This document shows, piece by piece, positions 8,436-16,253 of a stretch of 41,515 nucleotides of DNA (position 1 is the first letter of the stretch; each line of letters starts with the position of its first letter). Under the pieces are notes generated by a model, which ran no database searches, was not told the DNA's origin, and worked only from the letters and a program-made list of their open reading frames with translations. The stretch is from Verrucomicrobiota bacterium (GTDB taxonomy: Bacteria; Verrucomicrobiota; Verrucomicrobiia; Methylacidiphilales; Verrucolacustridaceae): the NCBI GenBank assembly GCA_010028775.1, contig RHAF01000001.1, positions 1 to 41,515 of the forward strand, written 5' to 3'. The translations under genes were made by a program, and so were the position numbers.

Positions 8436-10439
8436 ATGAAAAATGTGAACCTCGTCCTCTGCCTGCACATGCACCAACCGGTGGGCAACCTGCCGGAGGT
8501 GGTGGACCGGATCACCCGGGAGGTGTACCGCCCGGTGATCGGGGTCCTGCAGAAACATCCCGGCGTAGCGGTGAACCTGCATGTGAGCGGATGTTTGCTG
8601 GAAATGTTGCAAGCTCGCCACTCGGACCTGCTTACCACCCTCAAGGAACTGGTGGCGTCCGGTCGGGTGGAAATGATGTCCGGTGGGTTTTACGAGCCAG
8701 TGCTGGTGGGGTGGTCGGAGGAGGACCGCGACGGGCAACTGGCGAAAATGGCGGGATGGCTGAAGGAGAAGCTGGGGGCTGAACCGTCGGGGGCGTGGCT
8801 GGCCGAGGGAGTCTGGGGACCCTCGCTCTGCGGAGCCCTTCACCGGGCTGGGTTGCGGTATGTTCCCCTGGAGGGATCTTTCTTCCTGCAGGCCGGCATC
8901 GTTCCGGCCAAGCTGAACGGCCATTATGTCACCGATCAGGCGGGGGATCTGATCCATGTGTTACCGACCTGCCCCGATTTGGCCCGGTTGCTCCCTCATG
9001 CCCCGATGGACGAACTTTTCGGATATTTGAGGCGGGTGGCCAACCGGGGGGAGGATGTGACCCTGACCCTGGCCGCGGACCTGGAGACCTGGCCGGCCTT
9101 GGCCGGCGGGGCGGCGGGTTACCTGGAGCAGTTGTTCTCCCGGCTTGAGGAATCGCAAAACTGGATCCATACCCTGACGGGCGTGGCGCAACTGGAGCGG
9201 CAGGCGCCCAAGGGTCAGGTGGCCCTGCCCCCGGGCACTCCAGCGGAACTGGGCGGGTGGTCGCTTCCGGGAAACGCGCGCAGGGAATTTTTCCGCGAAC
9301 GCGGGCAGTTGGGGCAGCGTTACGACGCCCCCAAGATCCTTCCTTTTTTCCGTGGGGGATCCTGGGCGTCATACCGGGTGCGTTACGGGGAGGTCAACCA
9401 GATGTACCGCAAAAATCTCCAGTTGGGCCGCCGGTTGAAGGCCAAGGGCTCCCACCCGAACTCGCGTTCGGTGCAGGAGAGGTTGTGGCGGGCCCAGTGT
9501 TCGACCGTCCAGTGGCATGGAACGCGGGGGGGGCTTCATCTTCCCCACCTGCGGGAGGCGATCTGGCGTGAACTGCTGGCGGCCGAGTCGGAACTGCGCA
9601 GCGGGCAGACGGAGGCGGAACTGTTGCGGGAGGACATGGATGCGGACGGCCAAAGCGAAATCCTGGTGGGTCATCCCCGCCTGACCTTGATGGTCTCGCC
9701 GCACCAGGGCGGATGCTGCGTGGAGATGGGATTGCCGGAGCATGGAAGGAATTTGGCGGACGTCCTGACGCGAAGGGACGAGGAGACCCAGGGGGCGGCC
9801 TCCCACTTCTCGGACTGGTACGAGCGGCATCTTTTCCAGGACCATCTTTTTGCAAGGGGCACGACGGTGGAGCAGTTGGCGGGCGGCCAGTGTCCCGAGT
9901 TGGGGGATTTCATCCTGCAACCATTCCAACTCCGGGGAATGAGGCAGACGGGAAACCGCGTCACGCTGGAGATGCAGAGGGACGGGGGCTTGTACCGGAT
10001 GGGGACGAGGCAACCGTGCCTGTTGCAGAAAGTCTACTCCCTCGATGTGGCGGAGGGAGTGATGGAGGTCTCCTACCAGATCACCAACACCGGGCCCTTG
10101 CCCTTGGAGGCGGTCTTCGCCAGTGAACTCAACCTCAACGTCGGATCCGATCAGTCTGACCGCAGCGGATGGAAGTGCGGAAAGGAGAAGAGGCCGGGCC
10201 GGGAAAGCTGGCAGAAGCAGGATGGCGGAAGCGTGACGGTTTTTTCCTCCGACGGATTGGAAGTGCGCATTGTTCCGGATCTCATGCCCCTGATCTGGGG
10301 TTATCCCTTGCTGGACACTGAAAAGGGCCCCGATGGCCCGATCCGGCAGGGTTACTGCCTACTTTTCGGGCTTCATTTGGATCTGAAGGCGGGTGCGAAG
10401 GCCGAGGCCAGACTCAAGCTGAACTACCGCCGAATCTAG
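8436..10439 (+). CDS. GH57 4-alpha-glucanotransferase/alpha-amylase-like protein with C-terminal beta domain
   Basis: 'HMHQPVGN', 'GGFYEP', 'WLAEGVW', '[13 protein letters not shown]', 'D.DADGQSE'. Start set at ATG 8436, after the upstream stop. Confidence 0.88.
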   Translation: MKNVNLVLCLHMHQPVGNLPEVVDRITREVYRPVIGVLQKHPGVAVNLHVSGCLLEMLQARHSDLLTTLKELVASGRVEMMSGGFYEPVLVGWSEEDRDGQLAKMAGWLKEKLGAEPSGAWLAEGVWGPSLCGALHRAGLRYVPLEGSFFLQAGIVPAKLNGHYVTDQAGDLIHVLPTCPDLARLLPHAPMDELFGYLRRVANRGEDVTLTLAADLETWPALAGGAAGYLEQLFSRLEESQNWIHTLTGVAQLERQAPKGQVALPPGTPAELGGWSLPGNARREFFRERGQLGQRYDAPKILPFFRGGSWASYRVRYGEVNQMYRKNLQLGRRLKAKGSHPNSRSVQERLWRAQCSTVQWHGTRGGLHLPHLREAIWRELLAAESELRSGQTEAELLREDMDADGQSEILVGHPRLTLMVSPHQGGCCVEMGLPEHGRNLADVLTRRDEETQGAASHFSDWYERHLFQDHLFARGTTVEQLAGGQCPELGDFILQPFQLRGMRQTGNRVTLEMQRDGGLYRMGTRQPCLLQKVYSLDVAEGVMEVSYQITNTGPLPLEAVFASELNLNVGSDQSDRSGWKCGKEKRPGRESWQKQDGGSVTVFSSDGLEVRIVPDLMPLIWGYPLLDTEKGPDGPIRQGYCLLFGLHLDLKAGAKAEARLKLNYRRI

Positions 10440-10446
10440 AGCAGGA

Positions 10447-10475
10447 TTGCCGTTTTTTTGCCCTTCTGATAGGGT
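10447..10475 (+). promoter_or_regulatory. Putative sigma70 promoter with extended -10
   Basis: TTGCCG (10447-52), 17 bp, TAGGGT (10470-75) with TG at 10467-68. The ATG is at 10484, so the transcript would be nearly leaderless. Confidence 0.45.
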
Positions 10476-10483
10476 GTTTTTTC

Positions 10484-10888
10484 ATGAAAATTCACCCAAG
10501 CGGACCGTATCTAGCCACCCTTCTCGTCTTGGGCTTGGGGGGATGCACCATTCCCGATGATGCAACCGACGTGAAAACGACGTACGGAGACACCACAAGC
10601 AGTTCCACCCCCCTCCCTGACTCCTCGTCCACCCACGCGGATAGTGATAAGACCGAAAAAACCGACACGACCGTGTCGCAGGAAAAAAAGCCCTGGAGCC
10701 CTCCCGAGGGAACGGAAAAAAGCGCCCCGGCCAAGGCGAGTTACCCCAAGGCGGAAAAAGTTTCGGGCAAGCCGGGCATGGTTCGCAGCCCTTATGCGCC
10801 CTATGCCGGGCTGGTGGACGTCAAAGGTTTTGCCCCAGGCACCGAGGTCAAATGCCCCTACACGGGCAAGATATTTCTCGTCCCGTAA
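10484..10888 (+). CDS. Lipoprotein with S/T-rich linker and compact C-terminal motif
   Basis: Lipobox-like 'LGLGG-C', low-complexity linker, C-terminal '[40 protein letters not shown]'. Confidence 0.8.
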   Translation: MKIHPSGPYLATLLVLGLGGCTIPDDATDVKTTYGDTTSSSTPLPDSSSTHADSDKTEKTDTTVSQEKKPWSPPEGTEKSAPAKASYPKAEKVSGKPGMVRSPYAPYAGLVDVKGFAPGTEVKCPYTGKIFLVP

Positions 10889-10917
10889 TCCCGCCGCCTC
10901 CTTGAGGCGATTCCGCC

Positions 10918-11397
10918 ATGAACCCCCTTCTGCAGATTTTGAAAGAGAAGGGGCGTGCCACCACGGCCGAACTTTCCCGCCTGACCGGCAAAAGCGAAAA
11001 AGAGGTGGAGGCGACCCTCCGCAAGTTTGAGGACGATCGCGTCATCCTCGGCTATCAGGCGGTCTTGGATCCGGACAAAACCGGAAGCGGCGGCGTGCGT
11101 GCGGTCATTGAGGTTCGCATCACCCCGGAGAGGGACGGGGGTTTCGACCGGATTGCGGCCCGGGTGGCACGTTACCCGGAGGTGGTTTCCTGCCAACTGA
11201 TGAGCGGCGGTTACGACCTGCTCATCGTGGTGGAGGGGCAAGATCTGCGCCAGGTCGCGAGTTTTGTGGCGGAAAAACTTTCCACCATCCAGGGGGTCAT
11301 CTCGACGGCCACCCATTTCCAGCTGAAGACCTACAAGGAGGCGGGGGTGTTGTTTCTGGCGGACGAAAAGGTGGAGCGGCTTTCCGTTTCGCCGTGA
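10918..11397 (+). CDS. Lrp/AsnC family transcriptional regulator
   Basis: N-terminal HTH, 'ILGYQAVLD', RAM domain 'LMSGGYDL', 'TATHFQLKTYK'. Overlaps the aminotransferase start (GTGA). Confidence 0.92.
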   Translation: MNPLLQILKEKGRATTAELSRLTGKSEKEVEATLRKFEDDRVILGYQAVLDPDKTGSGGVRAVIEVRITPERDGGFDRIAARVARYPEVVSCQLMSGGYDLLIVVEGQDLRQVASFVAEKLSTIQGVISTATHFQLKTYKEAGVLFLADEKVERLSVSP

Positions 11398-12596
11398 AGA
11401 AGCCGGCGGACTTCCTCGCCGAGCATGTGCGCGGGATTCCGCGCTCGGGCATCCGGGATTTTTTCGAACTGGTGCAAAAGCGGGGGGATGTCATTTCCCT
11501 GGGCATCGGCGAGCCGGATTCCTCCGCCCCGTGGGCGGTGCGCGAGGCGGCGATTTATTCCCTGGAGCATGGCCGGACGGGATACACCTCGAATCTTGGC
11601 GCACCCAAGCTCCGCCAGGAAATCGCCCGGTATGCCGGAAAGACCTTCGGGCAGGATTACCAGGCCGACAGCGAGATCCTCGTCTCGGTGGGAGTCAGTG
11701 AGGCGATCGATCTTGCGCTGAGGGCGGTGCTGAATCCCGGGGAGACGGTCCTTTATCACGAGCCCTGTTATGTCTCCTACGCGCCATCGATCGCTTTGGC
11801 CTTCGGTAAATCCCGGGCCATCCAGACCCGTCCGGAAAACGGATTCCGTCTGGACCCCGCCGCGGTGGCTCAGGCGGCGGACGGAGCCAAGGTCCTGCTG
11901 CTCAATTTCCCGACCAACCCTACCGGGGCAGTTCTTGCCGGCCGGGAACTCGATGCCTTGGCCAAGGTCTGCGTGGAGAAGAACCTGTTGGTGATCAGCG
12001 ACGAGATTTACGCCGAACTGACCTACGAGGGACGTCACGAGTCCATCGTCAGTCGCCCGGGAATGCGGGAAAGAACCATCCTCCTGCACGGGTTGAGCAA
12101 GGCGTTTGCCATGACGGGATTCCGGATCGGCTACGCCTGCGCGCCTGCGGCACTGATCGAGGCGATGATGAAGATCCACCAGTACTCGATTCTCTGCGCC
12201 CCCACGCCCAGCCAGGAGGCGGCGATCGAGGCGTTGAAGGGGGCGGAGACCACCACCAGCGAGGCGCGGGAAACTTACCGGATCCGGCGAGACTTCCTCG
12301 GGCGCCGGCTGCGGGAGGCGGGATTGCCCTGTGCCCATCCCGCGGGGGCTTTTTATCTTTTTGTCGATGTGCGGGGGACCGGGCTCGGCTCCAGGGATTT
12401 CGCCCTTCGGTTGCTGGAGGAGGAGCAGGTGGCGGTGGTTCCGGGATGCGCCTTTGGTCCGGGAGGTGAGGGATTTGTCCGCTGCAGTTATGCCACCGCA
12501 CTGGACCGGATCGAGGTGGCGGCAGAGCGGATCGTGCGGTTTGTCGGCCGGCTGAAAAATCCCGCCCAAGCCCCGCGCTTGGCGGTGGTGAGGTAG
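11394..12596 (+). CDS. PLP-dependent aminotransferase class I/II (YugH/AlaT-like)
   Basis: 'SGIRDFF', 'SLGIGEPD', 'NFPTNPTG', 'SDEIY', 'GLSKAFAMTGFRIGY'. Confidence 0.93.
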   Translation: MKKPADFLAEHVRGIPRSGIRDFFELVQKRGDVISLGIGEPDSSAPWAVREAAIYSLEHGRTGYTSNLGAPKLRQEIARYAGKTFGQDYQADSEILVSVGVSEAIDLALRAVLNPGETVLYHEPCYVSYAPSIALAFGKSRAIQTRPENGFRLDPAAVAQAADGAKVLLLNFPTNPTGAVLAGRELDALAKVCVEKNLLVISDEIYAELTYEGRHESIVSRPGMRERTILLHGLSKAFAMTGFRIGYACAPAALIEAMMKIHQYSILCAPTPSQEAAIEALKGAETTTSEARETYRIRRDFLGRRLREAGLPCAHPAGAFYLFVDVRGTGLGSRDFALRLLEEEQVAVVPGCAFGPGGEGFVRCSYATALDRIEVAAERIVRFVGRLKNPAQAPRLAVVR

Positions 12597-12603
12597 ACCC
12601 GCT

Positions 12604-14169
12604 TTGCGTTACGATGCGGTAATCGTCGGGGCGGGCCACAACGGCCTGATCTGCGCCTGTTATTTGGCCAAGGCTGGGCTGAAGGTGGCGGTGGTGGAAA
12701 AAAGGGAGTTGCCCGGGGGGGCGGTCTGCACGAGGGACGATCTGGTTCCCGGATTCCGTTTCGACGTCGGATCCTCGGTGCACATCATGATTCACCAGAC
12801 CCCGGTGGTGGCGGAGCTCGAGCTGGGGAGGGAAGGGCTGGAATACATCGAAATGGATCCTTGGGCCCACTATCCGGTGCCAGGTTCGGGGGAGGGAATT
12901 TCGTTTTACCGGTCGGTGGAAAAGACCTGTGAGAGCATCGCGCGCTTCAGTTTGCGGGACGCCCAAGCGTACCGACGGTATGTGGAGAGATGGACCGAGT
13001 TGAACGAGGGGGTGTTTGAGACCTTTTTGGCCCCGCCGTCCCCGGGAAGGCTTTTCTCCACCATCGTGAAAAGAAATCTCTTCCGGCCCCAGTCCCGTAG
13101 GCTTTGGTCGAGCCTGGACACCGCCCGTCAGCTGATGGCGCCGTACGGCGAGGTGATCAAGGAGACGTTTGAAAACGAGCATCTGCGCACGGCGATGTTG
13201 TGGCTTTCGGCGCAGAGCGGACCGGCCCCCGCGGAGGTGGCCAGCGGCGACATGTTTGGCTGGAATGCGATGATCCACAAGGGGGGAGCTAAGCGGGCCA
13301 AGGGGGGGAGCGGTTCGTTGGCCACCGCCCTGGTGAAGTGCCTGAAGCGGCACGGCGGGGAGATTCATCTGGGAGTTGCCGTGCGCCGTGTGAGGCGGAA
13401 CGGATCCGGCTGGACGGTGGAAGCTGGGGAAAAGAGCTGGGAGTCGTCCCGGGTGGTGGCGGCCTGCCATTTGAAGACTTTCTTCGTGGACCTGCTGGAG
13501 GGCGGCCCGGCGGAACTCCGGGAGCGGGTGGGCAAGGCAAGGATTGGCAACGGGTTTGGCATGGTGGTGCGGCATGCGGTGGAGGAGTTGCCGGTCTACG
13601 GTCCCTCCGTGCAGAGCGGAAAACAGCCGCGGGAATATCATCCGGCGATGCAGTTGCTTTGCCGCGATCAGGCCATGCTGGAGAGCAGTTATCAGGATTA
13701 CCTGGCGGGCCGTCCCCCCGCCCGGCCCAGCGTGGTGGCAATGACCTTTTCGGGAATCGATCCGACGCTGGCTCCGGCGGGGAAACACACCCTCTTCACC
13801 TGGGCCCAGTACCACACCTACGACCTGAGAAACGGGGAGAACTGGGATGCGATCCGCGAGCGGGAGGCGGACAAACTCTACGACCTGGTCTGCGAGTATG
13901 CCCCGAACATGCGCGGCAAGATGATCGGCCGGTATATCCAGACTCCCCTGGACCTGGAGCGGGACCTGGGATTGCTGCGGGGGAACGTGATGCACTTTGA
14001 AATGAGCCTCGACCAGATGTTCATGTTCCGCCCGTTGCCGGAGATTTCCTGCTACCGGGCTCCGATGAAGAACCTCTACCTGACCGGGGCCAGCACCCAT
14101 CCGGGCGGGGGCGTTTTCGGGGCCAGCGGCCGGAACACCGCCAAGGTGATCCTGGGTTGGCGGGGATGA
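12604..14169 (+). CDS. FAD-dependent oxidoreductase, phytoene desaturase superfamily, CrtO-type carotenoid ketolase-like
   Basis: 'GAGHNGL', 'GGAV', 'AQSGP.P', 'KGGSGSL', 'GNVMHFEMSLDQMFMFRP', 'LTGASTHPGGGVFGASGRN'. TTG start. Confidence 0.8.
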   Translation: MRYDAVIVGAGHNGLICACYLAKAGLKVAVVEKRELPGGAVCTRDDLVPGFRFDVGSSVHIMIHQTPVVAELELGREGLEYIEMDPWAHYPVPGSGEGISFYRSVEKTCESIARFSLRDAQAYRRYVERWTELNEGVFETFLAPPSPGRLFSTIVKRNLFRPQSRRLWSSLDTARQLMAPYGEVIKETFENEHLRTAMLWLSAQSGPAPAEVASGDMFGWNAMIHKGGAKRAKGGSGSLATALVKCLKRHGGEIHLGVAVRRVRRNGSGWTVEAGEKSWESSRVVAACHLKTFFVDLLEGGPAELRERVGKARIGNGFGMVVRHAVEELPVYGPSVQSGKQPREYHPAMQLLCRDQAMLESSYQDYLAGRPPARPSVVAMTFSGIDPTLAPAGKHTLFTWAQYHTYDLRNGENWDAIREREADKLYDLVCEYAPNMRGKMIGRYIQTPLDLERDLGLLRGNVMHFEMSLDQMFMFRPLPEISCYRAPMKNLYLTGASTHPGGGVFGASGRNTAKVILGWRG

Positions 14170-14192
14170 CCGGAAGGGAGTAGCCTTCTGTC

Positions 14193-14648
14193 ATGGCCGT
14201 GGCCGCCCGAAAATCCCAGGCAGATCCCATCCGTCAGTTTTCCATTTTTCTGGCGAACAAGGCGGGGCGGTTGCTGGAGCTGATCCGGATTCTGCAAAGC
14301 CGCCACGTCCACGTGGTGGCGCTGACCATCCTCGACACCACCGACAGCGCGATCGTGCGGATGGTGGTCGACGATCCCGATACGGCGCGGGCGATTTTTC
14401 ACGAACAGGCGGTGGCCCACACCGAATCCACCGTCGTGGCGGTGGAGCTGGAGGCGGCTACCGAGCTCCCGAAAGTCCTATCTTCCTTGCTCGAGGCCGA
14501 GATCAATATCCTGACGACCTACGCCTTCCTCGTCCGCCCCGAGGCCCGGCCCGCCCTCTGCCTCAACCTCGATGACAACGAGCTCGGGGCACAAGTGCTT
14601 TCGCGCGGGGGATTCAAGCTCCTGGGGCAGGGCGATATCTCCCGTTGA
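14193..14648 (+). CDS. Tandem ACT-domain protein
   Basis: 'QFSIFLANKAGRL', 'IVRMVVDDPD', 'LLEAEINI..YAF'. Confidence 0.85.
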   Translation: MAVAARKSQADPIRQFSIFLANKAGRLLELIRILQSRHVHVVALTILDTTDSAIVRMVVDDPDTARAIFHEQAVAHTESTVVAVELEAATELPKVLSSLLEAEINILTTYAFLVRPEARPALCLNLDDNELGAQVLSRGGFKLLGQGDISR

Positions 14649-14661
14649 ACGGCAAGCGGGC

Positions 14662-15765
14662 ATGAGCCGTCTTTTGGCCGAAGTCCGGTCGGGCAGGAGA
14701 ATCACGGCCGGGGAGGCGATGGAAATTTACCGTTGGCCCCTGGCCCTGCTGGGGGAGTTGGCGGACGAGCGGAGGAGGGCGGTCAAAAGGAAGGATTACG
14801 GGGGCCGCGGGGAGGAGGTGGTCACCTACATCGTCGACCGGAACATCAACTACACCAACGTGTGCGACGTGTACTGCAAGTTCTGTGCGTTTTACCGGAC
14901 GGAAAAAGATGCGGATCACTATGTTCTCAGCCGGGAACAGATCGACGCGAAGCTCGACGAGCTGGTGGCGGTGGGGGGCAACCAGATCCTTCTGCAGGGC
15001 GGGCATCATCCGCGGCTGGATCTGGACTGGTACCTGGATCTTTTGCGGCACCTGAGGTCCAAATATCCGCAGGTGAACATCCACGGTTTTTCCCCCCCCG
15101 AGTTCAACCATTTTGCCGGGGTTTTCGGAATGCCTCTGGAGAAGGTGATCGGAAAATTCAGGGAGGCGGGTCTGGGCAGCATTCCCGGGGGTGGGGCGGA
15201 GATTTTGGTCGACCGGGTCCGGCAACGCATCGCCCCAAGAAAATGTGATTCCGATGCCTGGCTGCGGGTGATGGAGATCGGTCATGGGATGGGATTGCGT
15301 TCGAGCGCGACAATGATGTTCGGGCACGTGGAGAGCGTGGAGGAGAGGATCGAGCACATGGAGAGGTTGAGGGACCTGCAGGACAGGACGGGGGGATTCA
15401 CCGCCTTTATCTGTTGGACTTTTCAACCGGAGAACACTGTGCTCAAAGCGGAGAGGGCTGGGTCCCACGAGTATCTAAGGATGCAGGCGTTGGCCCGCAT
15501 CTTTCTCGACAACATTCCCAACATCCAGTCGAGCTGGGTGACGCAGGGCCCGGCGATGGGGCAGGTGGCGCTAAAGTTCGGCGCGAACGATTTCGGAAGC
15601 CTGATGATGGAGGAGAATGTGGTGTCGAGCGCCGGGACCAGTTTCCGGCTCACCTTGGAAGAGATGAGGAGGTTGATTCGCGAGGCGGGGTATGAACCCC
15701 GGCAAAGGAACAACCATTACGAGTTGGTCGACTCGTGTGCGGAAAAAGCTGTCCTGTCGGCCTGA
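14662..15765 (+). CDS. mqnC: Cyclic dehypoxanthinyl futalosine synthase (radical SAM, menaquinone futalosine pathway)
   Basis: 'YIVDRNINYTNVCDVYCKFCAFYR' (CxxxCxxC), 'LLQGGHHP', 'PGGGAEIL', 'QSSWVTQG', 'GANDFGS.MMEENVV'. Start ATG 14662. Confidence 0.9.
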   Translation: MSRLLAEVRSGRRITAGEAMEIYRWPLALLGELADERRRAVKRKDYGGRGEEVVTYIVDRNINYTNVCDVYCKFCAFYRTEKDADHYVLSREQIDAKLDELVAVGGNQILLQGGHHPRLDLDWYLDLLRHLRSKYPQVNIHGFSPPEFNHFAGVFGMPLEKVIGKFREAGLGSIPGGGAEILVDRVRQRIAPRKCDSDAWLRVMEIGHGMGLRSSATMMFGHVESVEERIEHMERLRDLQDRTGGFTAFICWTFQPENTVLKAERAGSHEYLRMQALARIFLDNIPNIQSSWVTQGPAMGQVALKFGANDFGSLMMEENVVSSAGTSFRLTLEEMRRLIREAGYEPRQRNNHYELVDSCAEKAVLSA

Positions 15766-15782
15766 AGCAGGACGAAGCAGTT

Positions 15783-16172
15783 TTACTTGTAACGGATGGC
15801 GCGGCCGTTGGCCCCGCCGGCGGGACCGGTGAACCGGAAGCTGGTATCCACGCGATCGAGAACCACAGCATCCGCTTTCATCTTCCAAGCTTGTTTCTGC
15901 AGGGATTCCTTCATCGATTCCTCGTCGTCCCAGAGAAAAATCTGCGGGGCACTGACCAGGCCGATGACATCGAAGGGCTTTTCCGGACGATCGAGGAGAA
16001 GAGGGATGGACTTCCAAGGCTCGCCTTCCTCGCTGCTGCGGGTGCTTTTCTTGGATCGTTTGCCGCTGGTGGAGGTGCGGCTGGAGGAGTCCTGCGCCAG
16101 AACCTCCGGTGAGGACCAGACCGCCGTGATGACCAGAAGAAGTGAGATGCCAAAGATTTTGGATAATTGCAT
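15783..16172 (-). CDS. Small secreted protein, YbjQ/RcsF-like fold
   Basis: Signal peptide ending 'VLA-Q'; 'PEKPFDVIGLV...LQKQAWKMKADAVV...GRAIRY' pattern. Start set at ATG 16172. Confidence 0.65.
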   Translation of the reverse strand: MQLSKIFGISLLLVITAVWSSPEVLAQDSSSRTSTSGKRSKKSTRSSEEGEPWKSIPLLLDRPEKPFDVIGLVSAPQIFLWDDEESMKESLQKQAWKMKADAVVLDRVDTSFRFTGPAGGANGRAIRYK

Positions 16173-16253
16173 AAATCCGTGATATGCGTGCCGGTGCGGT
16201 TGGCAAGCCGGATGACGGCTGGATGTGGACAAAAAAAACGCTAACAAGGTGGC

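Noticed and set aside
10895-10909. Hairpin CGCCTC-CTT-GAGGCG before the Lrp gene
   Set aside because: Only a 6-bp stem with no U-tract; plausible by chance at this GC content.
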